A stretch of DNA of 54,305 bases, filler included, from Sluysia triapertura (taxonomy: Eukaryota): assembly GCA_046118255.1 (NCBI GenBank). It is 4 parts of 4 records of this genome, joined end to end, with 100 filler letters (N's around TTAATTAATTAA, not from the genome) between each part and the next. Parts side by side here need not be neighbours in the genome. Positions count along the whole stretch, not along the records: positions 40,500 to 54,305 come from JBJNIA010018964.1; 3 more parts are not named here. One strand, 5' to 3'. The position numbers and the translations under genes are program-made. The notes under the pieces are model-generated. The model made no database searches, was not told where the DNA came from, and was given only the letters and a program-made list of their open reading frames with translations. Of the stretch, positions 52,053 through 54,305 are shown in pieces. Position 1 is the stretch's first letter, and every line of letters starts with the position of its first letter.

Positions 52053-52972
52053 TATCTATAAAATTTTTATGAAACTTATTGTCAATGAACGATAAAATTA
52101 ATATTTTTAAAATTAATTTTAAAAAATAGCAGGGAGAAAATCAAAACCCAACCATTTCATGAAATAAATATGTTTTTAAAATTTGAAGAAACTAGATGCT
52201 TACGAAATAGAAAAAGTCGAAGAACATCTATCAGTGACACTCATGTTAATCAAGCAAAGCAACACTTTGAATGATATTTACGTTTTTAAGATGAGCGTCA
52301 GTTGATTTAGAAATAGGGCATTCAAAACTAACGGAAAACTTAAAATATAAAATTGTAATGAAGATATTTATACTGAAGGGCACTTCTTATTGACATTTTA
52401 AATATATTTTAAGCATAACTTAAGTATTCGATTATTGTATTCCACGTACGTATGTGTGTATCGGATGTTTACCAATTTCTGGCGAGAATTAATGATAAGT
52501 AACGTCTATAATGCGGAAATTATAATAAAAGAAATTTATTGATCATTTATAAATTCATAAATTTTTTGATCATTTACTATTTATATATTTAAAATGAATA
52601 TTTTCAACACCTTGCATTAGCAGTTAAGTAATATATCATGTAGAGGTGTCAAAAAATTTGTTTGCAACTTTTAAATTGCTGTTTAAACTTAGTCAAAAAT
52701 GTAATGTTTTGAAAAGAAAACTAATGAAAACATTAAATTAATTACGGTGTAAACTAATGACATTGAAACATTTATGATTGAATTGATACTATAAATAAGA
52801 GCCACTTTTGGAAAAGTTATGTAGTAAAAATGAAAACAAAATAAAAAATAACAATTCATAAAATATGTTTTGTTATGTGATTGATAGAAAATAAATCCAG
52901 CTTGATTAATAATTAAATGGTATACTGTATAATTATTTTATGGATATTAAAAAATTATTTAAAATATCTAAC

Positions 52973-53968
52973 CTGAAATAACACATAATTTGGATTAAAT
53001 ATTTCTTGACTCATTTTTAAGTACCATTCGCGAAGTAAACCACCACCATCTTGACCTTCTTCGTTATTAAACTTGATCGAAAATCTTTGTTTCCATTCAT
53101 CTGGTGTTTTACGATGTAGGCGTCCGTAGCTGTCTTCAAATAACCTTGTTCTAGATACTTGAATCAATTCTTCATCGTAACGATTATCAACTTCTTGGCG
53201 TAACTGGGCTAATTTAGCTTGGAAATAACGTCGCTTTATATCAAAATCAAGTAAAGACGGGTTGTGAAGAACGCAGCGCCATATGTGTGAATTATCAAGT
53301 ATTGATTGAATCGATGAAGCACGGTTTCGCAATATCATGTTAATAACATTTCTATGTGTATGTGTAAAGTGAAATAAAGCCGTTTTAGGATCTGTAATAT
53401 CTGTAAAAGAAGTGTGAACATTGGATGGCAATGAACCAGTGCGTAATGAATATTGATTTGAAGAATTAAATTTATAAGTTACACACTGTGAAGACATTGA
53501 AGAAGAGGGCGGTGATGAAGGTAACATGAATATATCTGGGTCTTGATCATCGTACTCGATATGAGATACAGTCGATTGAATATTGGGTGTTACAGATGAA
53601 TTTTGCGGTATCGGAGTAGTATCAACATTTGGTTCCTGAACTGCACCACTAACTTGTTGATTGGAACGAATTTTTTCATTGTCTTCGGTATTGTGGCACA
53701 ATAAAAATGCTTCTACTAAGCTTTGTAACAAAAGTACGAGATCAGATTCAGGATTAGTTTGTTTTAAATTAGTAAGAGCATCACTGAGTAAATTCCAGAA
53801 TGGTAATGCTGTTGGACGATTAGCTCGAAAACACTCCAAGTAGGAAGGACCACTTATTTTGTACAAAAGCATTAAGAAATCTATCAAATTTCCGTGATCT
53901 GTCCAATTTAAATCAGTGAAACAACGCAAACTCGGAATTGAACTAGGAACGCGACTAACCAAATGAAG
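52973..53968 (-). CDS. HUWE1: HUWE1 pre-HECT and HECT N-lobe exon
   Basis: FWNLLSDAL...LLLQSLVEAFLLCH, F..THRNVINMILR, LLDFDIKRRYF, VSR..LFEDSY, F..EEGQDGGGLLREWY..MS.EIFNPNY.LF; bounded by ttcag and GTTAGA. Confidence 0.96.
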
Positions 53969-54305
53969 CTGAAATTGTTATTTTTATAATCATATACTAA
54001 AGATGATATTGTAATGTTATTTGTAATTTTTATGCATAAAATTGTATTTTGAAATTCATTATCATATCGATTGAGTTTAAATTCAAAAATTATGAACAAT
54101 CCTTAAAGCCAATGGATCCTATTTAGGACAAATAAAACTATTATTTCGTATCTTAATCATTTCATCAATATAAATAAAGAAATTAAAATGGCATTAAGTT
54201 TTTCTGATACATTAAAGGTTACAACAGTAGCCAAAATACAAACATCTGGGGATAAAAAATCACTTGACAAGAATAGAACGATTACTTAAAGTTAACGGGT
54301 AATAC

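Overview
Very AT-rich eukaryotic DNA (about 25% GC by eye), probably from an invertebrate animal: it has GT-AG introns and (AAT)n microsatellites. The window is four contigs (1-15822, 15923-29355, 29456-40399, 40500-54305) joined by artificial 100-bp spacers (44 N + TTAATTAATTAA + 44 N). Contigs 1-3 are a patchwork of decayed mobile DNA: three Ty3/gypsy relics, R2/NeSL-type (RLE-clade) LINE pieces, a Tigger/pogo transposase, hAT and piggyBac ends, and a chuvirus/gB-like fusion-glycoprotein relic. They also hold host-gene fragments (Shark-like tyrosine kinase, Aquarius, PACSIN, and three copies of an unusual CCCH finger). Contig 4 carries the only clearly intact gene structure, a spliced minus-strand HUWE1 (HECT E3 ligase). 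This HUWE1 is rearranged: the HECT C-lobe stops at ...LPAAH, immediately before the catalytic Thr-Cys, and runs in frame into N-terminal HUWE1 sequence, which continues through four further phase-compatible exons. All protein identifications come from motif recognition by eye; no database search was run.
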